In this document: one piece after another, positions 16,977 through 26,640 of the stretch
How positions within the stretch are numbered: position 1 is the first letter of the stretch
Layout of the letters: each line of letters starts with the position of its first letter
Virus record (IMG/VR): IMGVR_UViG_3300045988_105290
Source: a virus
Reading direction: 5' to 3' (one strand)
DNA: 64,000 nucleotides
Position numbers and translations under genes: made by a program
The notes under the pieces: generated by a model
The model's database searches: none
What the model was told of the DNA's origin: nothing
What the model saw: the letters and a program-made list of their open reading frames with translations, nothing else

Positions 16977-17872
16977 GTGGAGCAATGGAATTCAGCATTT
17001 CGACTGATTTGACGCCGCTGCGCAATTTTGATATTCAGGCAAATTTTGAGGAGTGCAAGGCATGGCTGGACGAGAATCTTGCGCCGTACCGCACGATGGT
17101 CGTCACTGAGGACGGGATCGCGTCTGCTAAAAGCTACCGCGCGACGATCCGCAAGGTGGCTGCCCGCATCGATGAGTGCCGCAAGATGGCAAAAGAAGCA
17201 GCGATGCAGAGCTATAAGCCGTTTGAAGAAAAGTGCAAAGCCCTGACCGCGCTGTGCGACGAGAGCGCCGCAAACCTCGACGGGCAGATCAAAGCCTTTG
17301 ACGAGGCGAAGAAGGCGGAGAAGAGCGAACGGCTGCGCGCGTTTTTCAACCAGAGCATCGGAGAGATGAACGATTTCCTGACGTTCGACGCCATCTATAA
17401 CCCGCGCTGGATGAATGCCACCTATTCCGAGGAACAGGCGCGCAAGGACATTATCTGCGAAATCGCCAAGTGCTCGAACGCCGTGGAGAGCCTGCGTGCG
17501 CTGCACAGTGAGTTCGAGACCACGCTGCTGGACGAGTTCCGCCGGACGCACGATCTGGCGGCGTGCCTGAAACGAAACGAAAACCTGCTGAGGATTAAGG
17601 AAATTGAGGAAACGCGCAAGCGTATGCGCCGCGAGCAGGAGCAGGACGTGGCGAATAAGCTGGCCGCCGCACGGGCAACGGAAGCGCCCACGCCGAAGAT
17701 AGCAGAGCCGCCCGAGACGGAGAAACCGCGCGAGGATGAACGCCCGGAGCACGCGGCGGAGCAGCCGCAGATGTTCGAGCTGGTCTTCCGCGTTCACGGC
17801 ACAGCGGAGCAACTGAACGGCTTGAAGCAGTACATGAAGGAAAATGGCATCCAGTTTGGACGCGCGGATTAA
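16973..17872 (+). CDS. DUF1351-like phage protein
   Basis: 299 aa. The N-terminal pattern ...NFEECKAWLDENLAPYRTMVVTEDGIASAKSYRATIRKV... is typical of DUF1351 proteins found next to RecT. Confidence 0.7.
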   Translation: MSGAMEFSISTDLTPLRNFDIQANFEECKAWLDENLAPYRTMVVTEDGIASAKSYRATIRKVAARIDECRKMAKEAAMQSYKPFEEKCKALTALCDESAANLDGQIKAFDEAKKAEKSERLRAFFNQSIGEMNDFLTFDAIYNPRWMNATYSEEQARKDIICEIAKCSNAVESLRALHSEFETTLLDEFRRTHDLAACLKRNENLLRIKEIEETRKRMRREQEQDVANKLAAARATEAPTPKIAEPPETEKPREDERPEHAAEQPQMFELVFRVHGTAEQLNGLKQYMKENGIQFGRAD

Positions 17873-17878
17873 GTCAAC

Positions 17879-18526
17879 ATGGGTCGTTTATTGGATTTGA
17901 CCGGGCAGCGCTTTGGGAAACTTACGGTCATTGAATTTGCAGGACACGCGCCGAACCGAAAAACTCTATGGAAGTGCAAATGCGATTGTGGAAACGAGAC
18001 TCTTGTCAAAACAAATGCTTTGCGAAGCGGAGATACGAAGTCGTGCGGGTGCTTGATTCCCGCCGCCTCGGGCGATTCGCACAGAAAGCATGGGATGAGC
18101 GAATCGCGTCTATATCGCACTTGGAAGAGCATGAAGGCAAGGTGCTTCAATGAGCGGGTTTTATGCTATCCGCATTACGGAGGGCGAGGGATTACGGTCT
18201 GCGAAGAATGGCGGAGCGGGTTTGAAGCGTTCCGGGATTGGGCGCTTGCCAATGGCTACCGGGACGATTTGACCATAGACCGTATTGATGTGAACGGCAA
18301 CTACTGTCCGGAGAATTGCCGGTGGGAAACGGCAAAACGGCAATCCGAAAACCGAACGAGTAATCGCCTAATATCCTTTGGCGGGGAGACTTACCCTGTT
18401 TCCGTTTGGGCCGAAAAACTGGGTGTCTCTGCCGACCTTCTTTATTCGAGGAAGCGAAAAGGCTGGACTGATGAAAAAACAGTAACAACACCAAGCAAAA
18501 GAAAGGGAATTGACAATGAAAGTTAA
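17879..18526 (+). CDS. Free-standing HNH-type homing endonuclease
   Basis: 215 aa; GKLTVIE...CKCDCGN...GRGITVCEEW...LTIDRIDVNGNYCPENCRWET pattern. Confidence 0.7.
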   Translation: MGRLLDLTGQRFGKLTVIEFAGHAPNRKTLWKCKCDCGNETLVKTNALRSGDTKSCGCLIPAASGDSHRKHGMSESRLYRTWKSMKARCFNERVLCYPHYGGRGITVCEEWRSGFEAFRDWALANGYRDDLTIDRIDVNGNYCPENCRWETAKRQSENRTSNRLISFGGETYPVSVWAEKLGVSADLLYSRKRKGWTDEKTVTTPSKRKGIDNES

Positions 18527-19514
18527 CAATAGTTTTGCCCCGCAGATAGCTCAAAAGCAGACGTTTTCAGCCGCTATTACGTCGGCGGCGATGCAGAACA
18601 TGATGTTGAAATCACTCCGCGACGAAAGAGCGGTTGCGCGGATTACATCGACGCTGATTTCCGCTGTAAGCGCCAGCGATCAGCTGAAGAACTGCGAACC
18701 TAGCACCATTGTGGCGGCGGCTCTCCGGGGCGAGGGAATGGGACTGATTTTTGAAAACGGCTACTATGTTGTGCCCTATGGGACCACCGCTACCTACCTA
18801 CTTTCGTACAAGGGCTACATTCAACTTGCAATGTCCACGGGATTTTATGCAGACATCGACTGCGTGGAAGTCCGTGAGGGAGAGATCGAAGGAAGGGATC
18901 GCCGGACGGGCAAGCCCATTGTGAACCTCGCCAAGTATGAAAGCGATGAAGAGCGGCAGAGCAAGCCCGTTATCGGCTACTATGGGTATTTCGAATTAAA
19001 AAATTCCATGTTCCGCTATGAATATTGGCCCATGGACAGGCTTTTGCGTCACGCGGACCGATATTCCAAGGCATTCAGCTATGAGAAGTTCAAGGCCATG
19101 CAGAGCGGGGAAATGAACCCGAGGGACGTGGAGAAACTGCTGAACGGTTCCCCTTGGTACGACCCCAACGGCGGACAGGATCGTATGTGCCGCAAGACGA
19201 TCCTTCGTCAGCTGCTCAACAGCGGCTATGCACCACTTTCCCCGGAGGTAAAAACTCAGCTTATGGAGGAATCCAGAGCTGAGGACGAGGGCGTGATCCC
19301 CGACTTCCAGATGCCCGAGCGCGTGATCCCGACGACTGGGGAGGTCGTTGAGGCTGCGGCAGATACCGAGAGCACCGCGCAGGAAGCCGCAGATGGGGCT
19401 GTGAGCGCTCCTGCCGCTTCGGACGTGAAATTACCCTCCAGAAAGGAAAACGCCGCACAGCGCGTCTCAGACGCGAATACGGTCGATTACGCGCAGAGCT
19501 TCTTTGACGACTAA
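18516..19514 (+). CDS. recT: RecT-family single-strand annealing protein
   Basis: 332 aa; ...NCEPSTIVAAALRGEGMGL...YKGYIQLA...GYYGYFELKN... core. Confidence 0.85.
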   Translation: MKVNNSFAPQIAQKQTFSAAITSAAMQNMMLKSLRDERAVARITSTLISAVSASDQLKNCEPSTIVAAALRGEGMGLIFENGYYVVPYGTTATYLLSYKGYIQLAMSTGFYADIDCVEVREGEIEGRDRRTGKPIVNLAKYESDEERQSKPVIGYYGYFELKNSMFRYEYWPMDRLLRHADRYSKAFSYEKFKAMQSGEMNPRDVEKLLNGSPWYDPNGGQDRMCRKTILRQLLNSGYAPLSPEVKTQLMEESRAEDEGVIPDFQMPERVIPTTGEVVEAAADTESTAQEAADGAVSAPAASDVKLPSRKENAAQRVSDANTVDYAQSFFDD

Positions 19515-19528
19515 GGAGGGCGCGCAAA

Positions 19529-20020
19529 ATGGGGATCATGGTTGGAAAGGCTGCATCGGACGGTTCACGTCCGATGCACCTTTGGGGGAAACTCTCGCGT
19601 GAAGTCAAGGTCGGAGAGACCGCCAAGGGAGAGCCGAAGGTACAGTTTGGCGTGTGCTATTCACGCGGCGAATTCATGAATATTCTTGCAGTCGGAAACG
19701 ATGAAACCACCAGAGTTGCCTGCGCGCTGGAGAAGGGCGACGTGGTGAGCATTGACGGCGTTTGGTCGCAGAGGAAATACCGAACGCGCGACGGTGAGGA
19801 AAAGATTTGGTCTGAGCTTCGCGCCGACACGATCTCATCTCAAAGCCTTTTGGCGGCGGTGCTGGACATTCTGTCCGCACCGCGCCCATCCACCGAATCC
19901 GCCCCTCGCAAAGATGAATTTTATGCAGAGGAACACCCCGCGCCGGCGGAAGACGGCGGAACGCTGCCGTGGGAGCAGGCGGCGGAAGATGAAGCGTATG
20001 ACTATATGCCGCAGATTTAA
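19529..20020 (+). CDS. ssb: Single-stranded DNA-binding protein
   Basis: 163 aa. OB-fold N-terminal part, low-complexity linker and an acidic tail ...EDEAYDYMPQI. Confidence 0.7.
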   Translation: MGIMVGKAASDGSRPMHLWGKLSREVKVGETAKGEPKVQFGVCYSRGEFMNILAVGNDETTRVACALEKGDVVSIDGVWSQRKYRTRDGEEKIWSELRADTISSQSLLAAVLDILSAPRPSTESAPRKDEFYAEEHPAPAEDGGTLPWEQAAEDEAYDYMPQI

Positions 20021-20033
20021 GGGAGGAACGAAT

Positions 20034-20207
20034 ATGAAGATCATTTGTACGAAGGATGAGTTTGCACGGCTCATTCGGTGGTGCGAGTGTGCAAAATACG
20101 AAAAAATGTGCGATGTGTGCCCATTTGTGCAATGTGACGGAGAAGATTGCGACCGCGATGAGCTAACCAATATGTGCCGGATCGTATGTGATCCTGACAA
20201 GGAGTAG
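20034..20207 (+). CDS. Small Cys-rich protein
   Basis: 57 aa, GGAGG RBS; multiple C..C pairs. Confidence 0.45.
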   Translation: MKIICTKDEFARLIRWCECAKYEKMCDVCPFVQCDGEDCDRDELTNMCRIVCDPDKE

Positions 20208-20210
20208 GCC

Positions 20211-21104
20211 ATGGCGACAGGAAAACGCTACTACTGGATGAAACTACGTGAGAATTTCATGACCAGTGATACAATTGACTATTTTATGTCCCAGCCGGAC
20301 GGAGCGAACTACGTTGTCTTGTACCAAATGCTTTGCTTAAAAACCATCAACACTGAAGGGCGTCTTTCCCGAAAAATTGGTGAAATTATCATTCCATACG
20401 ACATACCGAAAATTCAGCGGGATATGAAATGGTTTTCCGTAGACACCATTCGCGTGGCGTTGGACCTGTTTAAGGCGTTTGGCCTGATTTACGAGGACGT
20501 AGATGGCGTGTTGTCTCTGGCAGATTACCATTCACTGGTTGGTAGCGAAAGCGACTACGCAAAGCAGAAGAAATTGCAACGGAAGAATAACCGACCAGAA
20601 TTAGGTGTGGACATTGTCCACACGAATGTCCACACAGAGATAGAGATAAGAGATAAGAGATTAGAGAAAGAGATAGATATAGAAGATAGTTCTTCTTCAC
20701 TACGTTCAGAAGAACTTGTTGCCCCCGAAGCGGCGGCAACGCCCCAGCAGGAAGAAAACGAGCATATCCCTTACGCAAAGGTCCAGAAGCTGTATAACGA
20801 TCTTTGCCCGAAAATGGCGAAGTGCACCGTTATGAGCGAGGCGCGAAAGAAGGCAATCAAGGCGCGATTTAGAAGCGGCTACAAGCTGGAAGATTTTGAA
20901 CGCCTTTTCACGCTGGCGGCGCAGAGTTCATTTCTCAACGGGGGCAACAAACGGAATTTCATGGCGAATTTCGACTGGCTCATCAGGGACGCGAACATGG
21001 CGAAGGTTTTAGACGGAAACTATGCGGACAGAGCCGGCGGAAACAACAGCCCTGATGGCGGCGGGTTCACCTACGACTACGGAGATATGAGCGGGAGTTT
21101 GTGA
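20211..21104 (+). CDS. Phage replisome organizer / DnaD-like initiator
   Basis: 297 aa; N-terminus KRYYWMKLRENFMTSDTIDYFMSQPDGANYVVLYQML. Confidence 0.8.
   Translation: MATGKRYYWMKLRENFMTSDTIDYFMSQPDGANYVVLYQMLCLKTINTEGRLSRKIGEIIIPYDIPKIQRDMKWFSVDTIRVALDLFKAFGLIYEDVDGVLSLADYHSLVGSESDYAKQKKLQRKNNRPELGVDIVHTNVHTEIEIRDKRLEKEIDIEDSSSSLRSEELVAPEAAATPQQEENEHIPYAKVQKLYNDLCPKMAKCTVMSEARKKAIKARFRSGYKLEDFERLFTLAAQSSFLNGGNKRNFMANFDWLIRDANMAKVLDGNYADRAGGNNSPDGGGFTYDYGDMSGSL
20606..20692. repeat. Iteron-like cluster inside the organizer gene (candidate phage ori)
   Basis: GTGGACAttGTCCACacgaaTGTCCACAC followed by a GAGATA/AGAGAT purine-strand repeat run (gagatagagataagagataagagattagagaaagagatagatatagaagatag). 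Confidence 0.6.
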
Positions 21105-21937
21105 TGCTGGACGATATTTTCACTACGCTGGCGCGTCGATCGGCGGCGCTGGCCGTTCCGGAAGAGGGAGATTTCATGCGAGACGGTCTTCTTCACTGTG
21201 GAAAGTGCGGAAAGCCGAAGCAGTGCCGCGTGCCGCTCCGTGGAGATACGAAGAAACCGGAGGTCGTCGGGTGCTGCTGCGACTGCACGAACGAGGCGTA
21301 TCTGCGCGGAAAGGAAGAGCGTGAGCGAGAGGAAAAGCGGCTGCGCATTGAAGCTATGCGAACAGATTGCATCCGCGACAGGGGACTTTCATCGTGCCGC
21401 TTCGATTCCGCCGAGATGACGGATGGGATTTTGAAATGCAAACGCTACGCCGAACACTGGAAGGAGATGCAGGAGCAGAACAGCGGGCTTCTCTTGTGGG
21501 GCAACACGGGAACCGGAAAAACCTACGCTGCGGCTTGTGTTGCCAATTACCTGATCGGCTGCGGAACGCCGGCGATGGTGACGAGCTTTCCACGCATCCT
21601 GAACGCGGGATGGGATAAGCAGGAGATCATTGACCAGATGCACTATTACCCGCTGGTCGTAATCGACGACCTTGATGTGGAGCGGAGTACCGAATACGCG
21701 ATGGAGACGGTCTACATGGTGATCGATGAGCGATACAAGGCGAAAAAGCCGCTGATCGTGACTACCAACCTGACGCTTGAAGAGCTGTGCAAGCCGAAAA
21801 GCATGGATTATCAGCGGATTTACGACCGCATTCTTGAGCTGTGCATCCCGGTTGCATTTAAGGGCGAGAGCATCCGGCGCAAGACCGCAAATGAGAAAAT
21901 GCGGCGCATGAAAGAAATTCTTGACGGAGGGGTGTAA
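21104..21937 (+). CDS. DnaC/IstB-like helicase loader ATPase
   Basis: 277 aa. N-terminal CxxC pairs; Walker A GNTGTGKT; Walker B LVVIDDL. Confidence 0.8.
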   Translation: MLDDIFTTLARRSAALAVPEEGDFMRDGLLHCGKCGKPKQCRVPLRGDTKKPEVVGCCCDCTNEAYLRGKEEREREEKRLRIEAMRTDCIRDRGLSSCRFDSAEMTDGILKCKRYAEHWKEMQEQNSGLLLWGNTGTGKTYAAACVANYLIGCGTPAMVTSFPRILNAGWDKQEIIDQMHYYPLVVIDDLDVERSTEYAMETVYMVIDERYKAKKPLIVTTNLTLEELCKPKSMDYQRIYDRILELCIPVAFKGESIRRKTANEKMRRMKEILDGGV

Positions 21938-21940
21938 GGC

Positions 21941-22471
21941 ATGGGCGGATGCCGATTTGACAGCGTGAGCGATCTTCCTGAAAAGTACCGCGAGCAAATC
22001 AATGCCGAGATCAAGCGGCAGAACGTGAACCGCGCCGCCCGCGCCGCGGTGGAGCTGGTGCAGAGCGTGCGGGAGGCGAAAGAAAAGCCGAAAAAAAAGA
22101 AAGAACGCAAATTTCATAACCGCCCGACAGAGCGGATCATGCCCAACGGCGATGTGCGGACATTTGACAGCGCACGGGAGGCGAGCCGTTATGACGAGCT
22201 GATGCTGCTGCTCAGAGCGGGCGAAATCCGCGAGTTGAAGATCCAGCCGCAATTCACGCTGAAAGAAAGCTTTGTCACGCCGGAAGGAGACCTGAGCAGG
22301 AAGGTGGTATACATAGCCGACTTTTCCTACGAAGCGCGAGCGAAAGACGGGGCGTGGCACTTTGTTGTGGAAGACGTGAAGAGCGAGAGGACGAGGAAAA
22401 ACAAGGATTATCGCATCAAGGTAAAACTGATGCAGGAGAACAGAGGGATCACCGTGCAGGAGGTTTTCTGA
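21941..22471 (+). CDS. DUF1064-like (putative Holliday junction resolvase) protein
   Basis: 176 aa; FDSAREASRYDELMLLLRAGEIRELKIQPQF...YIADFSY...VEDVKS pattern. Confidence 0.7.
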   Translation: MGGCRFDSVSDLPEKYREQINAEIKRQNVNRAARAAVELVQSVREAKEKPKKKKERKFHNRPTERIMPNGDVRTFDSAREASRYDELMLLLRAGEIRELKIQPQFTLKESFVTPEGDLSRKVVYIADFSYEARAKDGAWHFVVEDVKSERTRKNKDYRIKVKLMQENRGITVQEVF

Positions 22472-22490
22472 CAGAAGGAGGTGCAGACGC

Positions 22491-22835
22491 ATGGTGGGGA
22501 GCTATGAAGTGCACACGCTAATCATCCACGCCGTCGCTCCGTGGGAGAGCGAAGATGCGAAGGCAGTGGAGGCGCGGCCTATTGAAACGCACAGCACGCA
22601 GGAGCAGATCGACTACTGCGTGAACCATTGCCCGTATGCTCATTGCGTGGACTGCATGGGCAGAAGGAGATCGGAGAGAAAGACGGCAGGGCGTCCGAGC
22701 CGATACGATTCACAGACATTGCGCGAGCTGCTGACGCTGAAGCTCACAAATGCAGAAATGTGCAGAGCGCTGGGGTGCAGCGAAAGGGCACTGAGAAATT
22801 ACAAGAGACGGGAGGCGGCAGAACGATGCCTATGA
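22491..22835 (+). CDS. Hypothetical protein with C-terminal HTH
   Basis: 114 aa; LTNAEMCRALGCSERALRNY. Confidence 0.55.
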   Translation: MVGSYEVHTLIIHAVAPWESEDAKAVEARPIETHSTQEQIDYCVNHCPYAHCVDCMGRRRSERKTAGRPSRYDSQTLRELLTLKLTNAEMCRALGCSERALRNYKRREAAERCL

Positions 22836-23065
22836 GCGAATACGAAAAGGCCCGGCTGATGCCGGAGGTGATCGGCAAGGCGAAACGAGAGGAAATCCAA
22901 AAGCAGCAGGACCAATTCCGCACGGCGGCGCTCGAGCGGCTGCAAAGGGCGATCCGCTATGCGCAGATACAGAAAAATGACCCGACGATTTGCGACCGGT
23001 ATGCAGACCTGCGATATTGGGACGGCTATCTGGCGGCGCTGAACGAGGCAAAGAACCTGATATGA
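22826..23065 (+). CDS. Hypothetical protein
   Basis: 79 aa from the ATG 10 nt after GGAGG. Confidence 0.5.
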   Translation: MPMSEYEKARLMPEVIGKAKREEIQKQQDQFRTAALERLQRAIRYAQIQKNDPTICDRYADLRYWDGYLAALNEAKNLI

Positions 23066-23111
23066 AGCGCCTAAAGGCGGAGTATGAAAAGTGTTTCGGG
23101 AGGAAAGCGCA

Positions 23112-23330
23112 ATGGATCAGATGCCGGAATACGCCGTTCGGCTGCGGAGACTGCGCGAGCAGAAAAAAATGAAGCGCCGCGTTGCTTCGGAGCTTTGCGG
23201 GCTGAGTAAAAACATGATGAAGCGCTACGAAAACGGAGAGGTAGAGCCGAGAGCAAGTGCTCTCATCCTGCTTGCGGACTTTTACGACGTTTCCGTGGAT
23301 TACATCCTCGGCGTGGAAGACAAAAAATAA
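23112..23330 (+). CDS. XRE-family HTH regulator
   Basis: 72 aa from the ATG after GGGAGGA; LRRLREQKKMKRRVASELCGLSKNMMKRYENG. Confidence 0.7.
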   Translation: MDQMPEYAVRLRRLREQKKMKRRVASELCGLSKNMMKRYENGEVEPRASALILLADFYDVSVDYILGVEDKK

Positions 23331-23381
23331 TTTTCAAAAAATCCCCATATATGGGGCGCACTTTTCCTGAGATGTGAAATC

Positions 23382-23429
23382 ATGGGAGATGTGGAGGTAT
23401 AAACCTCAACGTCTCCCATCTTATTTTTT
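23382..23429 (+). terminator. Strong intrinsic terminator between the early genes and the packaging genes
   Basis: 16-bp stem ATGGGAGATGTGGAGG / CCTCAACGTCTCCCAT (2 mismatches) followed by CTTATTTTTT. Confidence 0.8.
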
Positions 23430-23446
23430 CGAGCAAGGAGGTCGCT

Positions 23447-24415
23447 ATGGAAGAGCAGACGGTTGAAACACTGACGCTGGACGAGCAGCAGAAGCAATAT
23501 ACCGCAATTGCGCGCGAAACCAGCGACAGCCTTGCCCTTTTTTATTGCTGCATCCGCTTTGACGTTCCATTCGATATGCTGGCGGTCCCCAAAGAGGTGG
23601 GCAGTGCGGAGAAGTGGGTGGACTACTGCGACAATCTGCGAACAAAGGGGCTTGATAAAAAGCGCGGCGAGACGCTGGGCTTTCTCGATGGGCTGACGGA
23701 CATCATGGAGATTTTTGGCGAGCGGCTGGACGTGGGAGAGTTCACCAAGGCCGTGGGCAACGAGAAAAGCGCGCGCAACCGAAAGATTGGAACGGCGAAG
23801 CAGCGCAAGGACTGGGGAGAGAACAGCACAAAAAATCCTTATACCGCCGAGGATTACAACGAGCTTGACCGAATCTATGACGCGCTGGCCAGCGACCTGA
23901 TGGCGGCGGGTGGCGTGAGCGTGAAGCAGGAATTTATCCTGCGCGACTGCGCCAAGATGACGCTCGACCGGGACAATATGCGCTCCATCGGACAGTTCGA
24001 CAAAGCGGCCAAGCTGAACAGGATGATTCAGGACAACCTGTCGAGCGAGGGACTGAGAAAGAAGGATGCAAAGCCCATTGACGACCTGCGCATTGACAGC
24101 CTGACGGAAGCGCTGGAGCGCAAAGGGCTGCTGAAGAACGGGAAACCGTGCAGCCCCGACGAGGCCTTCAAAATCTTCTTCGGCAGGACGTGCAAGTACC
24201 CGTACACGATGGACGCGGCGGAGCAGATGATCCTCATCAACGAAAACCGGATGCGGCAAAACGACGGGATGCCGGAGCTGGTAACGCTGCCAGACAACAT
24301 GAGGCTGCACGACGACCTCGGCGAGTTTGCCGAAGAGCCGAACGAACGGGAAAGAGAAGCATACGCCAAGCTCGGACTTGTAAAAATGCCGCCGCCGAAA
24401 AAGAAAAAGCGGTGA
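23447..24415 (+). CDS. Putative terminase small subunit (by position only)
   Basis: 322 aa, AAGGAGG RBS, immediately upstream of the large terminase; basic tail KMPPPKKKKR. Confidence 0.5.
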   Translation: MEEQTVETLTLDEQQKQYTAIARETSDSLALFYCCIRFDVPFDMLAVPKEVGSAEKWVDYCDNLRTKGLDKKRGETLGFLDGLTDIMEIFGERLDVGEFTKAVGNEKSARNRKIGTAKQRKDWGENSTKNPYTAEDYNELDRIYDALASDLMAAGGVSVKQEFILRDCAKMTLDRDNMRSIGQFDKAAKLNRMIQDNLSSEGLRKKDAKPIDDLRIDSLTEALERKGLLKNGKPCSPDEAFKIFFGRTCKYPYTMDAAEQMILINENRMRQNDGMPELVTLPDNMRLHDDLGEFAEEPNEREREAYAKLGLVKMPPPKKKKR

Positions 24416-24419
24416 CGCT

Positions 24420-26276
24420 ATGGCAAGAAGAACGGGGAAAGTCTGGTCGGCAGATGTCGGCTGGATCGCAAAAAAACCAACGGAAAACCGCGACTACGGC
24501 GATTACGAGGATAGTTTCTGGGCATTTGTGGTCTGGGTCTTTCGATGGTATCCGGATAAATTGCTGGATATTGCGCGCAGCGAGGAAGCGGATTTTGCGA
24601 ACGAAGAGATATTGCAGCGCGTGATGATGCGCGAATATGCGCGCAAGCGAGAGGTTTCGATCACCGGCACACGAAGCCTGACGAAGACCAGCACGAAGAT
24701 GAAATACGCGATGGTCAGCGATCTTGTTTGGCCGGGAACGCAGAGTGCGTATTACGGTCCGTCGTATCGGCAGCTTGCGGCCATCGGCAGCAAGACCTTC
24801 CGGCAGATCGAGCACGACTATCCGATGCTGGCAAGGCATTGGCGCGTGACGGCGGAAAGTAAGGACGACTTCAAGATCGAGACCGACTGCGGAAGCGCAT
24901 TTTACATCTCGGCAATGCGCGGCGACAACCTTCATGACGTGACGGCGGAAGAATACGCGCAGGAGGAAGCGCCTGCGTTCGATTATGGAGAGTATTCGAC
25001 TGTGGTGCTTCCGGCAGTGCGACTGTGGCACAACGTCAAGGGAGAGCCGGACCGCAATTTCGTGGGCTATAAAAAGCACGCCATTACCAGCGCGGGGCGA
25101 AAGCAGAACCACGCTTTCCAGACACGCTGCAAGGTGATGAAAAAAATGGCGGAGGGCGAAAGCGCCTTTGCCATGGATATTTCATGGGAAAGTATCGTAT
25201 TGATGCAGATGCGCCCCTATGAGTGGGCGATGGGCCTCAAGGACGAGCTGACGGTAGAAAAGTGGATGCGAGAGATGGAATCACGCTACACGGGAGCGGA
25301 TGAATTCCCAGTGCTGTCGGACGAGGTGCTGACAGACAGCCAGCGCTTGAACCTGATGGAAACGGAACACTGCTGCAAGGCGGCACGCCCGATGTGCGAC
25401 CCGGAGGATGTGATCTACGTCATCGGATACGACGTATCCTACGAAGACAGCTCAAAAAACGCGAAATGCGCCTGCGTGGTGCTGAAACTGACGAGGCAAA
25501 AGGAATACCTCAAGCGCGACCGATTTTTGAAACAGCTCGCTTACATTGACGACTGGCCGCCGCCCGACCAGAGCAAAGCGCAGGCGCGGCGTCTGAAAGG
25601 AATTTGGCATCGCTTCTGCTATGATGGCAGCCAGACTTATATCGCCATTGACTCATGGCAGTATGGACGCGGCGTGCTGGAAGACTTGATGACCGACCTT
25701 GGAGACGGCTTGCCGCCGCTGTGCATCCGCAAACACGCAGCCTACGTCTCGGCAGAGCTGCCGGACGCTATCCCGGTGATCTACCCTATCAAGGCGGGCG
25801 GCACGGGCGTGACCGACCCGGACTTTGAGATGCTGAAATACGCACAGACGGAATTTGAACACCACAACGTAGAACTGCTGACGCTGAATGCCAACGAGGG
25901 CGTGGAAGCGTATAAGCGGGCGCACCGCATCAAAGATGATGACCGCGACTACCAGATTGCACTGCCGTATCAGAAGTGCCGCGAGCTGAGCGGGCAAATC
26001 CAAAACCTGAAGCTGGTGCCGAGCGGCGCAGGAATGAGCGAAAAGCGCATTTCCAAGGCAATCCAGCGCGACAGCTGGTCAGCGCTCAAATATGCGCTGC
26101 GGCTTGCGCAGATCATTGAGCGAGAGGAATTGCTCAATGAGATCAGCAGCCGGAAAAAGAGCGACTGGGCAGAAGCCCTGAAAAAATTCGAGAACGGCGG
26201 CATGGCGGCCATGGGGGCTCCCGGAAAGGCAGTGGGGCGCACCGTGACCGAAAGACGCGGAGGAAGGGTCTACTGA
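24420..26276 (+). CDS. Terminase large subunit
   Basis: 618 aa, by position and size. Deviant Walker A ITGTRSLTKTS; acidic nuclease-type C-terminal half. Confidence 0.75.
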   Translation: MARRTGKVWSADVGWIAKKPTENRDYGDYEDSFWAFVVWVFRWYPDKLLDIARSEEADFANEEILQRVMMREYARKREVSITGTRSLTKTSTKMKYAMVSDLVWPGTQSAYYGPSYRQLAAIGSKTFRQIEHDYPMLARHWRVTAESKDDFKIETDCGSAFYISAMRGDNLHDVTAEEYAQEEAPAFDYGEYSTVVLPAVRLWHNVKGEPDRNFVGYKKHAITSAGRKQNHAFQTRCKVMKKMAEGESAFAMDISWESIVLMQMRPYEWAMGLKDELTVEKWMREMESRYTGADEFPVLSDEVLTDSQRLNLMETEHCCKAARPMCDPEDVIYVIGYDVSYEDSSKNAKCACVVLKLTRQKEYLKRDRFLKQLAYIDDWPPPDQSKAQARRLKGIWHRFCYDGSQTYIAIDSWQYGRGVLEDLMTDLGDGLPPLCIRKHAAYVSAELPDAIPVIYPIKAGGTGVTDPDFEMLKYAQTEFEHHNVELLTLNANEGVEAYKRAHRIKDDDRDYQIALPYQKCRELSGQIQNLKLVPSGAGMSEKRISKAIQRDSWSALKYALRLAQIIEREELLNEISSRKKSDWAEALKKFENGGMAAMGAPGKAVGRTVTERRGGRVY

Positions 26277-26277
26277 C

Positions 26278-26640
26278 ATGGCGGTAAATTACAGGCTGTT
26301 TGCAGCGCCGGTGAGCGCGGAAACTGTGAGGCGGGCGGCGGACGAGCGCTTTTCCCGCATTACGGCGGAATATATCCTGATCTACCGCCGGACAAAACCG
26401 AAAAACCTGCCATGCGCAGAGATCAAGGGCGCGGACACCGAACACCTTACCGAGCGCGACAGGGCGTGGCTGAAGGATTCCATCCTTGTGCTGCTGGCGG
26501 AAGCGGCGGCGAAGGCACAGGAAAAGTCGAAGGAGCGCATGAACGAGCTGATCGACAACCTGGAGGATGCGCTGCGGGAGGAACAGGAAAAACTGAACGA
26601 GGGGACGGAAAATGGAGGAAAAACTGAATCTGACAACTGA
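26278..26640 (+). CDS. Hypothetical protein
   Basis: 120 aa, lies between the terminase and portal genes. Confidence 0.5.
   Translation: MAVNYRLFAAPVSAETVRRAADERFSRITAEYILIYRRTKPKNLPCAEIKGADTEHLTERDRAWLKDSILVLLAEAAAKAQEKSKERMNELIDNLEDALREEQEKLNEGTENGGKTESDN

Noticed and set aside
16802-25112. Long minus-strand ORFs at 16802-17812, 21389-22492, 23300-24310 and 24237-25112
   Set aside because: All are antisense to plus-strand genes with recognisable motifs (DUF1351, DnaC-like, DUF1064, terminase). Their composition is low-complexity and Arg/His-rich.
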